From assembly GCA_963675745.2 (NCBI GenBank), contig CAXXWX010000005.1, positions 64,001 through 128,000 on the forward strand: a stretch of 64,000 bases of DNA. Direction: 5' to 3'. Below the pieces are notes generated by a model. The model searched no databases. It had not been told where the DNA came from and saw nothing but the letters and a program-made list of their open reading frames with translations. This stretch comes from Phycisphaerae bacterium (GTDB taxonomy: Bacteria; Planctomycetota; Phycisphaerae; UBA1845; Fen-1342). Of this stretch, positions 62,565-64,000 are shown piece by piece. Position 1 is the first letter of the stretch. The number at the start of each line of letters is the position of its first letter. Made by a program: the position numbers and the translations under genes.

Positions 62565-64000
62565 GCGTGGTCGGGCCCCTCCGCGCCTGTGTACTTGGTC
62601 ACCGTGATGCTCTGGTCTCCGACCTGTTCAGTCTGGCCGAGCGACAGCGGGCGCGCCGGTCCCGCCGGTCGGCCGCCGCCCCCTGCCAGCCGTGCGTAAA
62701 GCTGCCCGTCGCGCATGAGCAATACGACGCGGCTTTCACCTTCGCGCGTGCGGATGTGGCAACTGGGTTGCGGCCCGATTACGCAAGTGTCGCGGAACAG
62801 CACGACATAGCTGACGTCCATCGGCAGCCGGCAGCGGTCCGCCACCTTCAATACGGCCGTTTCGCTCTTGGCACTGGGCTTGTGAAATTCGAGCTTGGCC
62901 CGCGCGCCCAGCCTGATTCGATCACCATCGCGCAGCAGCGCGCTCTTGATCGCTTCACTATTGACTCGCACCGGGCCGCGCGGCATCAGAAAGAAGTCAT
63001 CCCCACGCGTGATAATGTCCGCATGGTGCGAATTCAGATCCCCCGGTACCGGCACATCCACCAGCGACGACCCACCGGCACGCCCGACACGCACCAGATT
63101 CTGCGCCAACAGCAGCGCGCTGCCCGTGCCGTCAATGAGCAGCAGGAGCGGCTCGACGCTCTTCACCGGCCGAATCGCAGCGGCGACCGTCTCATGCAGG
63201 CCCCCTGCCACGTTTGCCGCTTGCGGAGTACTCATACCGGACGTGCTGAGCGGCGTCATCAATCCCAGCGGAGAGGCCAGCAATCGGTCCTGTCCGCCGC
63301 GCACCTGCTCGACGGCCTCAATGCTGTCCACCACCCAGCGCGCCGCACTGCCGCCTGCACGCAGGCGCAACAGCGTCTGCCGCAATCGCCGATAGTCGTG
63401 GCCCGCCAGTTGTCCAGCCGCCGAGCGCGTCAACTCGGCCAGTCGATCACATTCCTCAAAGTCAGCCGGCCGCCGCTCCCTCAGTGGCGCGACTGCCGCA
63501 CTTATTGACAGAAACCGCTCCAGCCGCCCTTCGTCGAAACTGCCGCGCAACAGATCGCATATCGCCGGCACCAATCGATCCGCGAACGTATCCGCAGCCT
63601 GCGTGCAACCGTGCCGCTCACACGCCGCACGCCAGTGGCGATGGGCGGCGAGCACATCACCGTTGTCGAGGGCGCTGGCGGCCTGATCAAGCAACTCATG
63701 GCTGCGCTGGACCCGCGCATCCAACTCCTCGACCAGTTCCTCACGGTGTCGGTCATCATCCACCCGCGCCACCGCGATGCGCCCGGACTCCAGTCGGCCT
63801 TCATCGATTCGCTCAGCCGCGCGCCGATACGCGTTCTCATCGGCGGCGCGCTCCGCCGCCCTTTGCGTCCGCTCCGTCATCACACGCCGGCGCAGGTTCG
63901 TGCGTTCCGGCTCGCCGCGGTTCACCGCCTCGAGCCGATCAAGGTCCGCCAGGGCGGCGTCATAGCGACCGGCCTGGGCATGCACCCGTGCGCGGGCCAA
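62561..64000 (-). CDS. TPR/helical + FHA-domain protein, 5' end outside the window
   Basis: VRVGRAG...LNSHHADI...VNSE...LRDGDRIRLG (FHA), followed by a second degenerate FHA-like unit (CVIGP..SCHI). Confidence 0.8.
   Translation of the reverse strand: MARARVHAQAGRYDAALADLDRLEAVNRGEPERTNLRRRVMTERTQRAAERAADENAYRRAAERIDEGRLESGRIAVARVDDDRHREELVEELDARVQRSHELLDQAASALDNGDVLAAHRHWRAACERHGCTQAADTFADRLVPAICDLLRGSFDEGRLERFLSISAAVAPLRERRPADFEECDRLAELTRSAAGQLAGHDYRRLRQTLLRLRAGGSAARWVVDSIEAVEQVRGGQDRLLASPLGLMTPLSTSGMSTPQAANVAGGLHETVAAAIRPVKSVEPLLLLIDGTGSALLLAQNLVRVGRAGGSSLVDVPVPGDLNSHHADIITRGDDFFLMPRGPVRVNSEAIKSALLRDGDRIRLGARAKLEFHKPSAKSETAVLKVADRCRLPMDVSYVVLFRDTCVIGPQPSCHIRTREGESRVVLLMRDGQLYARLAGGGGRPAGPARPLSLGQTEQVGDQSITVTKYTGAEGPDHA

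Overview
High-GC, gene-dense 64 kb bacterial chromosomal segment. A Planctomycetota (probably Phycisphaerae-like) origin is inferred from the PEP-CTERM protein, dockerin/EF-hand-like tail, WD40/PKD/HEAT exported proteins, ECF-kinase locus and several REP families. Housekeeping blocks: htpX (partial), eno-ftsB-like, ispA-dxs-squalene synthase, aat, groES-groEL with a consensus sigma54 promoter, an M3 oligopeptidase, hpf-ptsN-ptsH-ptsI-TIGR03936-rne-cysE, arfB and fluC-DUF190. There is a maltodextrin/glycogen locus (exported GH13, malQ, glgP, and an ABC transporter with a fused binding protein and permease). Most interesting accessory elements: (i) a ~4.2 kb Rhs toxin-tip/immunity/WD40 island bracketed by a 17-bp direct repeat inside a REP doublet; (ii) a DUF134-NifX operon whose promoter is covered by a perfect 24-bp palindrome; (iii) an FHA / polytopic Ser/Thr kinase / membrane protein / ECF sigma factor with fused zinc-finger anti-sigma-like domain / GT-C glycosyltransferase module; (iv) an uncalled 24-codon hydrophobic ORF before arfB. 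Two genes (rne and a GT4 glycosyltransferase) carry single-base deletions in short homopolymers, most likely sequencing errors. No rRNA, tRNA, CRISPR array, integrase or transposase was recognised. All calls come from reading motifs by eye; no database searches were run.
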